Positions 8,434-19,504 of a stretch of 44,955 nucleotides of DNA are shown here, piece after piece. The DNA is from an uncultured bacterium. GTDB lineage: Bacteria > Zixibacteria > MSB-5A5 > GN15 > FEB-12. The stretch's first letter is position 1. Each line of letters starts with the position of its first letter. The stretch covers positions 1-44,955 of the forward strand of contig CBDVDR010000023.1 in NCBI GenBank assembly GCA_965372795.1, written 5' to 3'. Below the pieces are notes generated by a model, which was not told the DNA's origin, made no database searches, and saw only the letters and a program-made list of their open reading frames with translations. A program made the translations under genes and the position numbers.

Positions 8434-11112
8434 ATGAGCAAGGAAAACGACAAAATTACTAAAAAGTCATCAGCATACTCTCCGGCTGAAATTGAAGACA
8501 CCATTTTCCAGAATTGGCTTGATAAAGGGTATTTCCACGGTGATGTTAATTCGGACAAAGAATCTTATACTATTGTTATACCTCCCCCCAATGTTACTGA
8601 TGTGCTTCATCTTGGACACGCTCTAAATAACACTATCCAGGATATTTTAATTCGCAAACATCGCTTAGAAGGTTTCGAGTCTGTATGGATCCCCGGGTCA
8701 GACCATGCCGGTATTGCAACTCAGGTAATTGTTGAAAAACAGTTAACCAAAGAAGGTACCACCCGCCGTGAAATGGGACGTGAAAAATTTCTTGAGCGAA
8801 CTTCAGAGTGGGCGGATATTAATAAAAATAAAATCCTTAATCAGTTGAAAAAAATCGGCTGCAGCTGTGATTGGGAACGAACCCGTTTCACCCTCGATGA
8901 AAATTTGTCCAAGGCTGTCGCAGAAGTTTTCAAACATCTCTATGAAAAAGAACTGATTTATAAAGGACATAGAATTGTAAACTGGTGCCCTTCATGCCAA
9001 ACCTCTCTTTCTGATGATGAAGTTGAACATAAAGATTTCAACGGTCACCTTTGGTACATAAAATACAAGCTCAAAGGTTCTGATGAATTTCTAATGGTAG
9101 CGACAACCCGCCCTGAAACGATGCTTGGCGATACCGCGCTGGCAGTATCCCCAAAAGATAGTCGTTTCAAAAAATTTATTGGAAAAACTGTCATACTTCC
9201 AATTCTCGAACGAGAAATACCAATTGTCGGCGACAACTACGTTGATCCGGAATTTGGAACCGGGGTTGTAAAAGTTACTCCGGCACATGACCCAAACGAT
9301 TTTGAAATCGGACGCCGCCATGATCTTGAAGAAATAAATATTCTGAATACTGACGGTACTTTAAATGAAAATGCTGGAAAATTTAAAGGACTGGATCGAT
9401 TTGAAGCCCGAAAACAACTGATTGAAGAATTAAACAAACGCGGTTTCCTCGATAAAACAGAAGATTATGAACTCAGTGCCGGAACCTGTTACCGATGCCA
9501 TAACATAGTTGAGCCATATTTGTCGGATCAATGGTTTGTAAAAATGTCTGAAATGGCAAAACCCGCAATTGAAGCGGTTAAAAATAGTAATGTTAGGTTC
9601 CACCCTGATTACTGGTCAAAAACATATCTGCATTGGATGGAAAATATTCGTGACTGGTGCATCTCGCGCCAACTCTGGTGGGGACACAGAATTCCTGTCT
9701 GGTATGCCGAAGACGGTACTGTCTTTATCTCAGCAACAAGACCGACAAAAGAGGAATGCGGCGATTATGATCCTGCAACTTTGGTTCAGGATGATGACGT
9801 TCTGGATACTTGGTTTTCATCCTGGCTTTGGCCTTTCTCAACAATGGGCTGGCCTGAGAAAACGGGTGAACTTGACAAGTTTTATCCGACTAAAGTTTTA
9901 AGTACCGCCTCGGAAATCATATTTCTATGGGTTGCCCGTATGGTTATGGCAGGATATGAATTTATGGGTAAAGCTCCCTTTACTGATGTTTATATTCATG
10001 GAACCGTCCGCGATGCTAACGGAATAAAAATGTCCAAATCGCTCGGCAACGGTATCGACCCGCTTGAAATTATCGATAAATATGGTGCTGATGCCTTAAG
10101 AATTTCAATTGTTCTTGCCACACCAGACGGTCAGGATCCATGGATTAGTAAAAATACTTTTGAAATCGGTCGTAATTTTGTCAATAAATTGCATCAGGTC
10201 TCAAGATTTGTGATGATGCGACTTGAAGATCGGAAACCGAATCTTGATGAAATTGATAAAAATGATCTCGTAATTTTTGATCGGTGGATTCTTTCCCGAT
10301 TAGAAAGAACAGTGCAATCAGTAAATCAAGCCTTTGATGAATACCGCTTGTCTGCGGCAGCAAAAACACTCTATAATTTTGTCTGGAACGATTACTGTTC
10401 ATGGTACATTGAACTCATTAAACCTGACCAGCCAAACACGCCTATAAGAGACGGTTCAATAAAAGTTGCGACTTACGTTCTTCACAAAATTTTACAACTG
10501 TTACATCCTTTTGTACCATTTGTAACTGAAAATATATTTCAAGAGCTTACCCAGGCAACCGGAAACAATCGCGGTGATACGATCACGTTTGATGGCTGGC
10601 CGAAAACAACCGGTGAGTTTATTGATGACGGACTTGAACAGAGCCTCGAACAAATTCAATCAGTTATAACAGCTGTTAGATCAGTCAGAGCAGAACTTAA
10701 TGTCCACCCCGGGAAACAATCTGATTTAATCATCAGAGTTGATGAAGCTGAATTTGGTCATTTGCTTGAAAAACATATCGATTATTTCAGATCATTGGCT
10801 CGAGTTAAAAATTTACATGTTGGTACTGACATAAAAAAACCTCCAACCTCAGCCTCCGCTGTAATTTCCGGAGCGGAAATTTTTATTCCGCTTGAAGGTT
10901 TAATAGATATTGAAGTTGAAAAGAAACGGCTTCAAAAAGAACTTGATAATATGAAAAATTTACTCGTTAGAATATCAAAAAAACTTGGAAATGCCGATTT
11001 TCTTAAAAATGCTCCTGCCGAAGTAATCGAAAAGGAGAAAGCTAAAAAAGATGACTATCAAGAAAGAATTGAAAAACTGAATAAAAATCTGGAACAAATT
11101 CTGGGCTGGTAG
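8434..11112 (+). CDS. valS: Valine--tRNA ligase
   Basis: PPPNVT..LHLGH, DHAGIATQ, DWCISRQLWWGHRIP, DVLDTWFSS, KMSKS, C-terminal coiled coil. Confidence 0.99.
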   Translation: MSKENDKITKKSSAYSPAEIEDTIFQNWLDKGYFHGDVNSDKESYTIVIPPPNVTDVLHLGHALNNTIQDILIRKHRLEGFESVWIPGSDHAGIATQVIVEKQLTKEGTTRREMGREKFLERTSEWADINKNKILNQLKKIGCSCDWERTRFTLDENLSKAVAEVFKHLYEKELIYKGHRIVNWCPSCQTSLSDDEVEHKDFNGHLWYIKYKLKGSDEFLMVATTRPETMLGDTALAVSPKDSRFKKFIGKTVILPILEREIPIVGDNYVDPEFGTGVVKVTPAHDPNDFEIGRRHDLEEINILNTDGTLNENAGKFKGLDRFEARKQLIEELNKRGFLDKTEDYELSAGTCYRCHNIVEPYLSDQWFVKMSEMAKPAIEAVKNSNVRFHPDYWSKTYLHWMENIRDWCISRQLWWGHRIPVWYAEDGTVFISATRPTKEECGDYDPATLVQDDDVLDTWFSSWLWPFSTMGWPEKTGELDKFYPTKVLSTASEIIFLWVARMVMAGYEFMGKAPFTDVYIHGTVRDANGIKMSKSLGNGIDPLEIIDKYGADALRISIVLATPDGQDPWISKNTFEIGRNFVNKLHQVSRFVMMRLEDRKPNLDEIDKNDLVIFDRWILSRLERTVQSVNQAFDEYRLSAAAKTLYNFVWNDYCSWYIELIKPDQPNTPIRDGSIKVATYVLHKILQLLHPFVPFVTENIFQELTQATGNNRGDTITFDGWPKTTGEFIDDGLEQSLEQIQSVITAVRSVRAELNVHPGKQSDLIIRVDEAEFGHLLEKHIDYFRSLARVKNLHVGTDIKKPPTSASAVISGAEIFIPLEGLIDIEVEKKRLQKELDNMKNLLVRISKKLGNADFLKNAPAEVIEKEKAKKDDYQERIEKLNKNLEQILGW

Positions 11113-11138
11113 GTTTTTCTAAATATATACATATATGG

Positions 11139-11170
11139 ATGCCGGTAAATTAATTTGCCGGCATTTCTTT
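11139..11170 (+). terminator. Intrinsic terminator after valS
   Basis: ATGCCGGTAAAT-TA-ATTTGCCGGCAT followed by TTCTTT. Confidence 0.75.
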
Positions 11171-11222
11171 ATTTTATCTTTTTTTTGATTTTATTTTACA
11201 TAGGAATTTAATATTTTTTTGT

Positions 11223-12410
11223 ATGAGTAGTTCTAATCCAATATTTGATCTAACCCTGCATTATCTGGCACCGGTCGGGGCAGTGATGTTATTAGGTTTG
11301 CTGGGCGGTAAATTAGCTCGAAAAATCAAACTGCCCAAAGTGACAGGTTATCTGCTAACCGGAACTATTATTGGACCATCTGTCTTAGGCCTTCTATCGT
11401 TCGAAATTATTGAAAATCTTTCCCTGTTAAATGATATCGCACTGGGGCTGATCATGTTTACTATTGGGGGAGTTTTTGAAATCAACCATATTAAAGCCGT
11501 AGGGAAAAAGGCTGTCTGGCTGACCATCGCCCAGTCAGCTGGTGCTGTTATTGTTGTGACAGTCGCTCTTTATGCGGTAGGAATTCATTTCTATCCTGCT
11601 CTTTTATTAGGAACAATCGGTATTGCCACTGCTCCGGCAGCAACTTTATTAGTTGTCCGGGAATATGAAGCAAAAGGGGATTTTACAGACACTCTGATTA
11701 CAATTGTAGCCACTTCCAATATAGTCTGTATCTTAATTTTTCAGCTGGTATTCTCACTTATTGAATTAAAAGACGGTGCCAGCTGGCTATATGTTATTGG
11801 CAGCCCTCTATACGAGTTAGGCGGCTCTTTAGTGATTGGCGGTACCATCGGGTATCTTATTTCAAGATGGGAACAAAAAATTGATGATCAAGCTGAACTC
11901 TTAATGATTATTGTAGCTGGAGTCATGCTTGTAACCGGTCTGGCATTCTCTCTAAACCTTCAGCCATTATTCGCAACCCTGATAATGGGAGCAGTAACAA
12001 CCAATCTGTCATTAATGCATCGACTGGTATATATCGAAATGAGGCAGATTGAACAACCTTTGTATATCGCCTTTTTTGTGATTGCAGGAGCCTCCCTGCA
12101 TTTGGAATTAGTTCCGGCAATTGGTATTGCTGGTATTGTCTATCTATTCGCCAGAGTTATAGGAAAGATATCTTTTATATATGTAGTTGGTCGCTGGAAA
12201 AACTTTACAAGCCATACTACAAAATATCTTGGATTGGGAATGGTTGTTCAGGCAGGAGTTGCAATTGGTTTGGTTAATTTAATAAATGAGTCTGATCCTG
12301 AAATTGGTAGTATCGTGACACCGATTATTCTTTCGACTATTCTAATTTATGAAACTGTTGGTCCCCCAATAATTAAATATATTCTATTTAAAACAGGTGA
12401 TGCGGTATAA
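11223..12410 (+). CDS. Cation:proton antiporter (CPA family)
   Basis: About 12 hydrophobic segments; KLPKVTGYLLTG..IGPS, ATAPAAT, QAGVAIGL. Confidence 0.88.
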   Translation: MSSSNPIFDLTLHYLAPVGAVMLLGLLGGKLARKIKLPKVTGYLLTGTIIGPSVLGLLSFEIIENLSLLNDIALGLIMFTIGGVFEINHIKAVGKKAVWLTIAQSAGAVIVVTVALYAVGIHFYPALLLGTIGIATAPAATLLVVREYEAKGDFTDTLITIVATSNIVCILIFQLVFSLIELKDGASWLYVIGSPLYELGGSLVIGGTIGYLISRWEQKIDDQAELLMIIVAGVMLVTGLAFSLNLQPLFATLIMGAVTTNLSLMHRLVYIEMRQIEQPLYIAFFVIAGASLHLELVPAIGIAGIVYLFARVIGKISFIYVVGRWKNFTSHTTKYLGLGMVVQAGVAIGLVNLINESDPEIGSIVTPIILSTILIYETVGPPIIKYILFKTGDAV

Positions 12411-12469
12411 AAAAAAGACCCCATTTAGGGGTTTATGATCGAACATATTCAAAAACAATTATTAGCGAC

Positions 12470-12910
12470 TTAATTTTTACTTAATTCTGTCCATTCCACC
12501 ATAAAATCTTTTATCGACTTAGCACCACCAGCATCCGGATATGATGCCATTTCAAGGGGTACTATATTTTGAGTACTGCTTTTATCAATATCAACTGAAA
12601 ATGTTTCTTTAATAATCTCAGAAATTCGACGGGCAACTATTTCTGCCCCCTGTCGGGTTGTTTCCGGGAATAATAACCCAAGCCGATCATTGGTGATCAT
12701 TGAAGCATAATCTATTGTTCGTATATTATCCTTGACCGAGGCCATAATTTTTTCAAGCTTTTCCTGCTTATCTGCTTGGGATTGATTGGATATTGTGGAT
12801 AAATCAAATACAGTTAAAGATATAAATATACGATAACGTTCAGCTCGTTGAAGTTCCTCGTTTACTTTATTGAGAAAACTTTCCTTAGTAGTGTACTTCA
12901 TTGTAGTCAC
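12470..12910 (-). CDS. Stand-alone degenerate GGDEF-domain protein
   Basis: EELQRAERY...SLTVFDL...IRTIDYASMITNDRLGLLFPET...A..VARRI follows the GGDEF fold pattern, but GGDEF is replaced by TNDRL. Confidence 0.75.
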   Translation of the reverse strand: MTTMKYTTKESFLNKVNEELQRAERYRIFISLTVFDLSTISNQSQADKQEKLEKIMASVKDNIRTIDYASMITNDRLGLLFPETTRQGAEIVARRISEIIKETFSVDIDKSSTQNIVPLEMASYPDAGGAKSIKDFMVEWTELSKN

Positions 12911-12960
12911 GTCAACCTACTTTTAAAATGCTCGTAGACTTATTTAGTCACCTTTTATAA

Positions 12961-12976
12961 AGCAAGATTCATTCCA
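12961..12976 (-). promoter_or_regulatory. Sigma54 -24/-12 promoter
   Basis: Minus strand TGGAAT-GAATC-TTGCT; IHF consensus match at 13013-13025; dyad at 13127-13153; adjacent NtrC-family gene. Confidence 0.75.
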
Positions 12977-13126
12977 TTTTTTCTGATAAGTGCCATATTG
13001 AGAAATTTTTTCCAATTATTTGATAGATATTATTTCTCTTCGGCACTACTTGCTTGATACGCAACAAGTTCCTTTTTTATTGAAATTTAAATGATTAGAT
13101 TAAATTTCTATATATCCTATAAATCA

Positions 13127-13153
13127 GTGCAATAATTTGCTCATATTTTGCAC
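13127..13153. promoter_or_regulatory. Putative upstream activator (bEBP) binding site
   Basis: Imperfect dyad GTGCAATAATTTGCTCATATTTTGCAC about 150 bp upstream of the sigma54 -24 element. Confidence 0.6.
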
Positions 13154-13189
13154 AGTTTTTACTAAAAGGGAAATTTAAAAAGATATGAT

Positions 13190-14614
13190 TTATTTTGAAA
13201 CGTTCAGTTTGTAATCTTTAATTTTATACAGTAAAGACCTATAACTGATTTCGAGTAAATCAGAAGCTTTCCGCCGGTTCCAGTTTGTTTTGTTTAGAAC
13301 CTCTGCGATCAGTTTTTTCTCTTCATCAGCAATCTTTTTACCAATTCTGGATTTTAAAGAGAACGAACCTTCATTTTCAGATACCATTGCCGGAACAGCT
13401 TCAACAACAGTTGATGCGGTTTGAGCAACTTGATTCATAGGCAGAATATTTGATGAGTTAATTATATCAACAATAATCGAATCATCATCACGGACAACAA
13501 CTTGTTTTAACATGTTTTCCAATTGCCGTACATTACCTGGCCATGTAAAAGCTATCATCTGCTGCATGATTTCTGGAGCTATTTTCAAAAATTCTTTTTT
13601 ATAAAGCTTATTATATTTATCTAAAAAGTGATTAACCAAAAGAGATATATCACCATCTCTTTCTCTTAAAGCTGGCAAATACAAAGTTATTTCATTTAAT
13701 CTATAAAACAAATCATCACGAAATTGTTTTTCTTGAATAGCTATTTCCAAATTTCGATTTGTTGCACAAATAATACGCACATCTACATGAATATTGTTAA
13801 TTCCACCAACTCGCACAAACTCTTGCTGTTCTAATACTTGTAATAGCTTCGATTGAAGTTCCAACGGCATATCACCAATTTCATCAAGAAATATTGTCCC
13901 TTTGTTAGCGACTTCAAATCTACCCTGTTTAGTTTTATGAGCACCGGTAAAGGCACCTTTTTCATACCCAAATAATTCAGCTTCAAGTAGATCTCTGGGA
14001 ATTGCGGCACAATTAACTTTTACGAATGGTTTATTTTTTCGGGATGATAGCTGGTGCAAAGAACGGGCAACAATTTCTTTACCGGTTCCTGATTCACCTC
14101 TGATCAAAACAGTTAATTCAGAATCTGCAACCTGCTCGATAATTTCTTTTACTTTCTGCATAGCAACAGAATCGCCAATAAACCCAGTATAAGCTTTCTT
14201 GCTTTGAAGCTCACCCTTGAGCTTGTCAACTTCGTTTCTAAGTTTTGATTTTTCGAGAACACCATTGATATGAATTTCAACTTCCTGTACATCAAATGGC
14301 TTATTTACAAATTCTGCGGCTCCGAGACGGATAGAATCGACAACATAATTTGTCTCACCATGACCGGAAATCATTATAACTTCTGGGCGATCTTCGATTT
14401 TATTAAGTTTTTCGAGTACTTCCAAACCGCTCATTCCCGGCATTTTTATATCAAGAAGAATCAAGACCGGTTTTTCCGTTGTAACCAGTTGTAATCCCTC
14501 AATTCCATCCCGGGCAGAGACGAATTCGTATTTTTCCGATAAAGCTTCAGAAAGAATCCATGAAACCTTCGGATCATCATCAATTACTAATATTTTTATT
14601 TTATCATTTGTCAT
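13190..14614 (-). CDS. Sigma54-dependent response regulator (NtrC/AtoC family)
   Basis: REC domain (DDD, LLDIKMP, KPF), GESGTGKE Walker A, GAFTGA loop, FLDEIG, WPGNVRQL, Fis-type HTH. Confidence 0.96.
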   Translation of the reverse strand: MTNDKIKILVIDDDPKVSWILSEALSEKYEFVSARDGIEGLQLVTTEKPVLILLDIKMPGMSGLEVLEKLNKIEDRPEVIMISGHGETNYVVDSIRLGAAEFVNKPFDVQEVEIHINGVLEKSKLRNEVDKLKGELQSKKAYTGFIGDSVAMQKVKEIIEQVADSELTVLIRGESGTGKEIVARSLHQLSSRKNKPFVKVNCAAIPRDLLEAELFGYEKGAFTGAHKTKQGRFEVANKGTIFLDEIGDMPLELQSKLLQVLEQQEFVRVGGINNIHVDVRIICATNRNLEIAIQEKQFRDDLFYRLNEITLYLPALRERDGDISLLVNHFLDKYNKLYKKEFLKIAPEIMQQMIAFTWPGNVRQLENMLKQVVVRDDDSIIVDIINSSNILPMNQVAQTASTVVEAVPAMVSENEGSFSLKSRIGKKIADEEKKLIAEVLNKTNWNRRKASDLLEISYRSLLYKIKDYKLNVSK

Positions 14615-14710
14615 ATTTTGTTCTTCTCCCTAATAATATCGGCAGATTGTCCCAATAATCAAGCTCTCTTTACCATGATTTGCTAAAAAATCGCAATTAT
14701 ATGCAGGATT

Positions 14711-16852
14711 TCAATTATCGAGAGGGAAATATAAAGTAAATGTCGTCCCTTTACCTTCTTCTGAGGATAAAGCTATCGTTCCATCGTGGGACGACATAAT
14801 GCGTTCAACAACAGCGAGTCCAAGTCCGGTACCGTATTTTTTTGATGTAAAATATCGGTCGAATACTTTTGAAATATTTTCTTTTGGAATTCCACAGCCG
14901 GTATCAATTACTTTTAAAGCAAGGTAATCAATTTTTTTATGATCCGGCTTTTCTATTAATCCACGAATTTTAAGTTCTCCCCCATCAGCCATCGAATCAA
15001 TCGCATTAATAAACAAATTTAATAACGTCTCAAGCACCTGATTTTTATTGATTATCACATCCCAATTGATATCTTCATAAATTACTGATGATTTTATTTT
15101 AGATTTTTTTAAGTCAGGAGCTATTAATTCCAAAGCGCGATTTACAACCTGACGAAGATCAACTTTTTCAGTTTGGTATTTGTTTGGATTAGAAAAATCA
15201 ACCAGTTCCTTCACCAGTTCATTCATCCGATGTATTTCATCTTCGGCTAACTTCAAGAACTCCATATCCTTAAAATCCTCAGGCAGACGTTTACGGACGA
15301 CCTGTAAACCGCCCTTAATTGAAGTCAGCGGTTTTCTTAAATCATGAGAAATTTCTGAAATCATATTACCCATTGTCAACAGTCGAGTAGCATTTAACAA
15401 TGACTGCTCTTTTTCATATAATAAAGCTGCTTGTGAAATAACAAGTTTAGCTAATGAAATATCATCCAAAGAATATGGTTTATCGGTATTAGCGCCCAGA
15501 CAGAATATATCACTTGGAACTCCCCGCCTTCTGATCGGGATAGCCATAAAAGCTTTATAAGTTTTTGGGTATTTTTTATTTTGAGCAATCTCTTTACGAA
15601 TTGCATCAGAAAGAATTTCTGTCTCGTTTACATCAATATCTTTTATAAAATCATCACTAATATTAAAATCGGATTTTTTGACTTGAGAGATATCTATTTT
15701 CCCACTTGAAGTTAATGGAATTTCTTTTACCCCTGAAGCTCCGGTTGGAGATAACTTGCCGGATTCTCTTTCCCATTTAAACCAAACCGAGTAGTCAATC
15801 GGAAATAACCTGGTTAACTTTTTAATCATTGTTTCTCTAAAGTTGTTCAGGTTATTGATATTGGGGAGTTCCGCAGAAATTTCATGCAGAATTTTATACT
15901 CTTCAAGATGTCGCCGATTTTTTTCAAATTGGTTAGCATCATCAACGGCAATTGCCGCTTGAATGGCAAAAGTAGATAAGAGTTTTAAATCATTTTTGGT
16001 AAATGCCACCCCATCCAACTTATTGGCCATATTAATAACGCCAATAACATTATTTTTAATCTTTAAAGGGGTACATAAAAGAGAAGCCGCCCCATACCGT
16101 TCTTTATTAATTCTTTTGAACTTTTCATGCTGTTCGATATCATCAATCATAATCGGTTCGCCGCTCTGAGCAACATAACCGGCGATTGACTCACCAATCG
16201 GAAGTCGCGTTCTTTCAATGACTTCACTGGACAAACCAAGACCTGCTTCAATAGTCAAAAATGTCTTACTTTTATCCAAAAGCATAATTGATCCAACTTG
16301 AGCCTCAGTAACTTGCGAGGCAAGAGCCACAATCTGCTTGAGCAATTCTTTCAAATTAGAAGTTGAACCGATTGATTTTCCAGCTTCATAAAGAGCATTA
16401 ATTTCACTGATACGGCGATTCAAAATTAAATTTGCCAACTTTAGCTCTTCAAGTAATTCAAGTCTTGCGAGTTCAGATCGTCTTTTTTCGAGAGCTCTTT
16501 TAACTACCAATTCAAAATGAGCAAACTCTACCGGTTTTAGCAAATAATCATAGGCCCCCAACGAAATAGCATCTACGGCAGATTCCATTGAACCATAACC
16601 GGTCATCAATATTACCGGTATGCCATCATCTACTTTTTTAACAACTTCAAGAATTTGAAGTCCATCCATAACCGGCATTTTTATATCAGTAATTACAAGA
16701 TCAACACGGCTTTTACTAATTTCCTTGGCAGCATCAGGAGAATTTTGAAAGGTTTCAACCATGTATCCGTCGTTAGTGAGCAAGGCAGCCAAAGACTCGC
16801 ACATTCTCAGCTCATCATCAATAATAATAATCTTCTCTTTGTGTTGGCTCAT
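14711..16852 (-). CDS. Hybrid sensor kinase: REC - GAF - second GAF-like domain - HisKA - HATPase
   Basis: N-terminal receiver (IIDDE, TDIKMP), GAF (GESIAGYVA, NKLDGVAF), H-box EISHDLRKPL, N/G boxes NAIDS, DTGCGI, GTGLGL. Confidence 0.92.
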   Translation of the reverse strand: MSQHKEKIIIIDDELRMCESLAALLTNDGYMVETFQNSPDAAKEISKSRVDLVITDIKMPVMDGLQILEVVKKVDDGIPVILMTGYGSMESAVDAISLGAYDYLLKPVEFAHFELVVKRALEKRRSELARLELLEELKLANLILNRRISEINALYEAGKSIGSTSNLKELLKQIVALASQVTEAQVGSIMLLDKSKTFLTIEAGLGLSSEVIERTRLPIGESIAGYVAQSGEPIMIDDIEQHEKFKRINKERYGAASLLCTPLKIKNNVIGVINMANKLDGVAFTKNDLKLLSTFAIQAAIAVDDANQFEKNRRHLEEYKILHEISAELPNINNLNNFRETMIKKLTRLFPIDYSVWFKWERESGKLSPTGASGVKEIPLTSSGKIDISQVKKSDFNISDDFIKDIDVNETEILSDAIRKEIAQNKKYPKTYKAFMAIPIRRRGVPSDIFCLGANTDKPYSLDDISLAKLVISQAALLYEKEQSLLNATRLLTMGNMISEISHDLRKPLTSIKGGLQVVRKRLPEDFKDMEFLKLAEDEIHRMNELVKELVDFSNPNKYQTEKVDLRQVVNRALELIAPDLKKSKIKSSVIYEDINWDVIINKNQVLETLLNLFINAIDSMADGGELKIRGLIEKPDHKKIDYLALKVIDTGCGIPKENISKVFDRYFTSKKYGTGLGLAVVERIMSSHDGTIALSSEEGKGTTFTLYFPLDN

Positions 16853-18231
16853 AGCTCGCTTTCAGGAATCGGGATAACAATTTCAAAACATCCACCGCCT
16901 TCTTGGCGGTTCTTATATGTTATCGTCCCTTTATGTCTTTTTATTATCCCATAACAAACAGAAAGACCCAAACCGGTTCCTTTTCCCGGATCTTTGGTAG
17001 TAAAAAACGGCTCAAATATCCTTGGAATTATTTCCTCGGGAATCCCCGACCCGGTATCACAAACCTGAAAAACTAAACTTTGTTCTGCTTGTCCAACAGA
17101 CAGCGTTAACGACCCGCCGCCCTCCATGACATCAACAGAATTTAAAATGAGGTTCATAAATACCTGTTTCAAATTCTCAAATGATGCCTCAATACGCGGA
17201 CAGTCATTTATAAAGTTACGAGATAAAGTAATTTTTTGTTTATCAAACTGTTGTTCCATTAGATGTAATACATCTTCAATGATATCAATTGGATTTATCA
17301 GCTTATAATCAAAGCCGGTCGGACGATGAAATTCAAGCAATTCTCTTACAATCTGAGCAATTCGATCAATTTCATGACCAACAATATTACTGTAATCCAA
17401 TGCTTCCGGATTTTCTTCAATCGTTCGTTTAATCAGTAATATATAATTCTTTATTATTCCTAACGGATTATTGATTTCATGCGCAACCTTGGCTGACATC
17501 TCGCCCAAGGCGGCTAATCGTTCCGAATTAACTAACTGACCCTGGGCATCAATAAGTTTGCTGGTTGCCATTTTCTCAGCTTTATAAAGCCGCGCATTTT
17601 CGATTGCCACTGAAATTTGACTTCCGAGAATCGAAAGGAATTCAATATCATCCAACTGAAATTCCCGGCCCGAAATTTTATCTGCAATTATAAATAGGCC
17701 GCTTATTCGGCCTTGATAAATTAAAGGAACCACTAACCCGGATTGAAAATTCTTGAGTACCTTTTTTTCCTGTTCGGTTGCTATCTCTGAATAGATTTTT
17801 TCCGTCGGCTCGGGACGATTTAAACGGGCAAGATGAGTGAGCAGTTCTGAATCAACTTTAAAATATAAATCTTTCTTTTTAAAATCCGGTTGCCCTTTGC
17901 TAACCAATAATTTCATCTTTTTACTGGTAATATTTTCACTGAGAAACAAAGCCGCTTTGGTGGCTCCAACCTGAGCAATTGAAGTCAGGATGAAAGTTTC
18001 CAGCAATGTTTCATAATCCAGGACCGCATTAAAATTACGACTGATTTCGACAATTGTATAGAGATCAAAAATTTTACGTTTAAGCTGACGGTTAGTCTCG
18101 GTAAGGCTCGTGATCCTCTGGCTCTGCTCCGCAATGCTCAAAACCGATTCAGACACAGCTGTATTCTTTGACAGATCTGTCTTTTGGTTACTTTTATAAA
18201 ATCTTTTATTCTTTTCTGATTTGGAAGTCAT
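16849..18231 (-). CDS. GAF-domain sensor histidine kinase (NtrB-like)
   Basis: [11 protein letters not shown]-box, [32 protein letters not shown] ending AIENARLY. Confidence 0.93.
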   Translation of the reverse strand: MTSKSEKNKRFYKSNQKTDLSKNTAVSESVLSIAEQSQRITSLTETNRQLKRKIFDLYTIVEISRNFNAVLDYETLLETFILTSIAQVGATKAALFLSENITSKKMKLLVSKGQPDFKKKDLYFKVDSELLTHLARLNRPEPTEKIYSEIATEQEKKVLKNFQSGLVVPLIYQGRISGLFIIADKISGREFQLDDIEFLSILGSQISVAIENARLYKAEKMATSKLIDAQGQLVNSERLAALGEMSAKVAHEINNPLGIIKNYILLIKRTIEENPEALDYSNIVGHEIDRIAQIVRELLEFHRPTGFDYKLINPIDIIEDVLHLMEQQFDKQKITLSRNFINDCPRIEASFENLKQVFMNLILNSVDVMEGGGSLTLSVGQAEQSLVFQVCDTGSGIPEEIIPRIFEPFFTTKDPGKGTGLGLSVCYGIIKRHKGTITYKNRQEGGGCFEIVIPIPESEL

Positions 18232-19504
18232 AATCCCTTAACTTCTCAATAAACTCGCCAACTAAATAATGTGATCCTATTATTATTATTATATCGTCAG
18301 TTCCGGCATTTTTCACAAGCTTTTTATAAGCTGTTCCCAGCGACCCATAACGAAACAAGCTAATATCCCGCCAATTTATCTCTTGTATCATTTCATCAAG
18401 GTTGACTGACCGCTTATTGTTCAGGGGGACTAAATTGATCTCCGATGCGATTGAAGCCAAAAGATCAAACATTTCCTGATGTTCTTTTCGTTTTACGAAC
18501 CCGGTTATAACCTTTGCCCTTTTATCGCCAAATTTAATTTTAAACGATTCTACAAAAGCTTTCATCCCCTGAACATTATGAGTAACATCAAGGACAAGCG
18601 TTGGTTTCCATTTTCGTGATATTATCTGAAACCGACCCGGCCATTTTGTTTTCAATAATCCTTCTTTAATGCCCTTTTTCGATAACTTAAGACCACTCTC
18701 TTTCAATATTGAAGCAGCTTTAATGGCTAAAGCCATATTCTCAAGTTGGTGAATTCCAAACAATGAGCTTTTAACATTTTGTAATTTAAAGCCCTCAGAA
18801 TGATAATTAATCGACATTTTTTCTGAATCAATTTTGTAATCTGAGATTCCCAAATTGTAATAAGCCGACGATTTCCTTTTGCAGGTATCTGAAATCACTT
18901 TAGCAGCCGAAGACGGTAATTGAGCTGATAAATGAGGTACCATCGGTTTAATAATCCCGGCTTTTTCACGAGCAATTTTACTAATCGAAGTCCCCAAAAT
19001 TTCTAAATGATCTCGGCTGACACCGGTGGTTAAGGTCAATATTGGCTGTAATACATTAGTCGCATCTAGCCTTCCCCCCAAACCGGTTTCAATTACGGCA
19101 ATGTCAACATTACATCGGTTGAAGTAATCCAGTCCCATGGCTGTTATTAGTTCAAAAAAGGAAATCTTTCGCTTGGAGAGCTCTTTTCTATTACGATCAA
19201 TAAAAGAAGTTACTGCTTTTTTTGTTATCATTCGCCCGTCAACTTTAACCCGTTCCCGAAGGGTGGTCAAATGAGGTGAGGTAAACAATCCGGTCTTATA
19301 GCCATTCTCCCTAAGGATTGCATCAAGTAAAGCGGCGGTTGAACCTTTACCATTGGTACCGGCTAAATGAATAGTTTTATATGATTTTTGAGGAGAACCG
19401 ATATCTTCCAGAAATTTCCCGATATTTTCCAACCCAAGTTTCATTCCGAAAAATTCACGGGAAAGTATGAATTTTTCAGCAGCAACAAAGCTGTGAGAAC
19501 GCAT
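18206..19504 (-). CDS. folC: Folylpolyglutamate/dihydrofolate synthase
   Basis: AGTNGKGST, FTSPHL, ETGLGGRLDATN, EKAGIIK, WPGR; ATG 19504 overlaps the accD stop (TAATG). Confidence 0.96.
   Translation of the reverse strand: MRSHSFVAAEKFILSREFFGMKLGLENIGKFLEDIGSPQKSYKTIHLAGTNGKGSTAALLDAILRENGYKTGLFTSPHLTTLRERVKVDGRMITKKAVTSFIDRNRKELSKRKISFFELITAMGLDYFNRCNVDIAVIETGLGGRLDATNVLQPILTLTTGVSRDHLEILGTSISKIAREKAGIIKPMVPHLSAQLPSSAAKVISDTCKRKSSAYYNLGISDYKIDSEKMSINYHSEGFKLQNVKSSLFGIHQLENMALAIKAASILKESGLKLSKKGIKEGLLKTKWPGRFQIISRKWKPTLVLDVTHNVQGMKAFVESFKIKFGDKRAKVITGFVKRKEHQEMFDLLASIASEINLVPLNNKRSVNLDEMIQEINWRDISLFRYGSLGTAYKKLVKNAGTDDIIIIIGSHYLVGEFIEKLRDYDFQIRKE

Noticed and set aside
12980..12995. Second TGGCAC (-24-like) on the minus strand
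   Set aside because: No TTGC at the required spacing.
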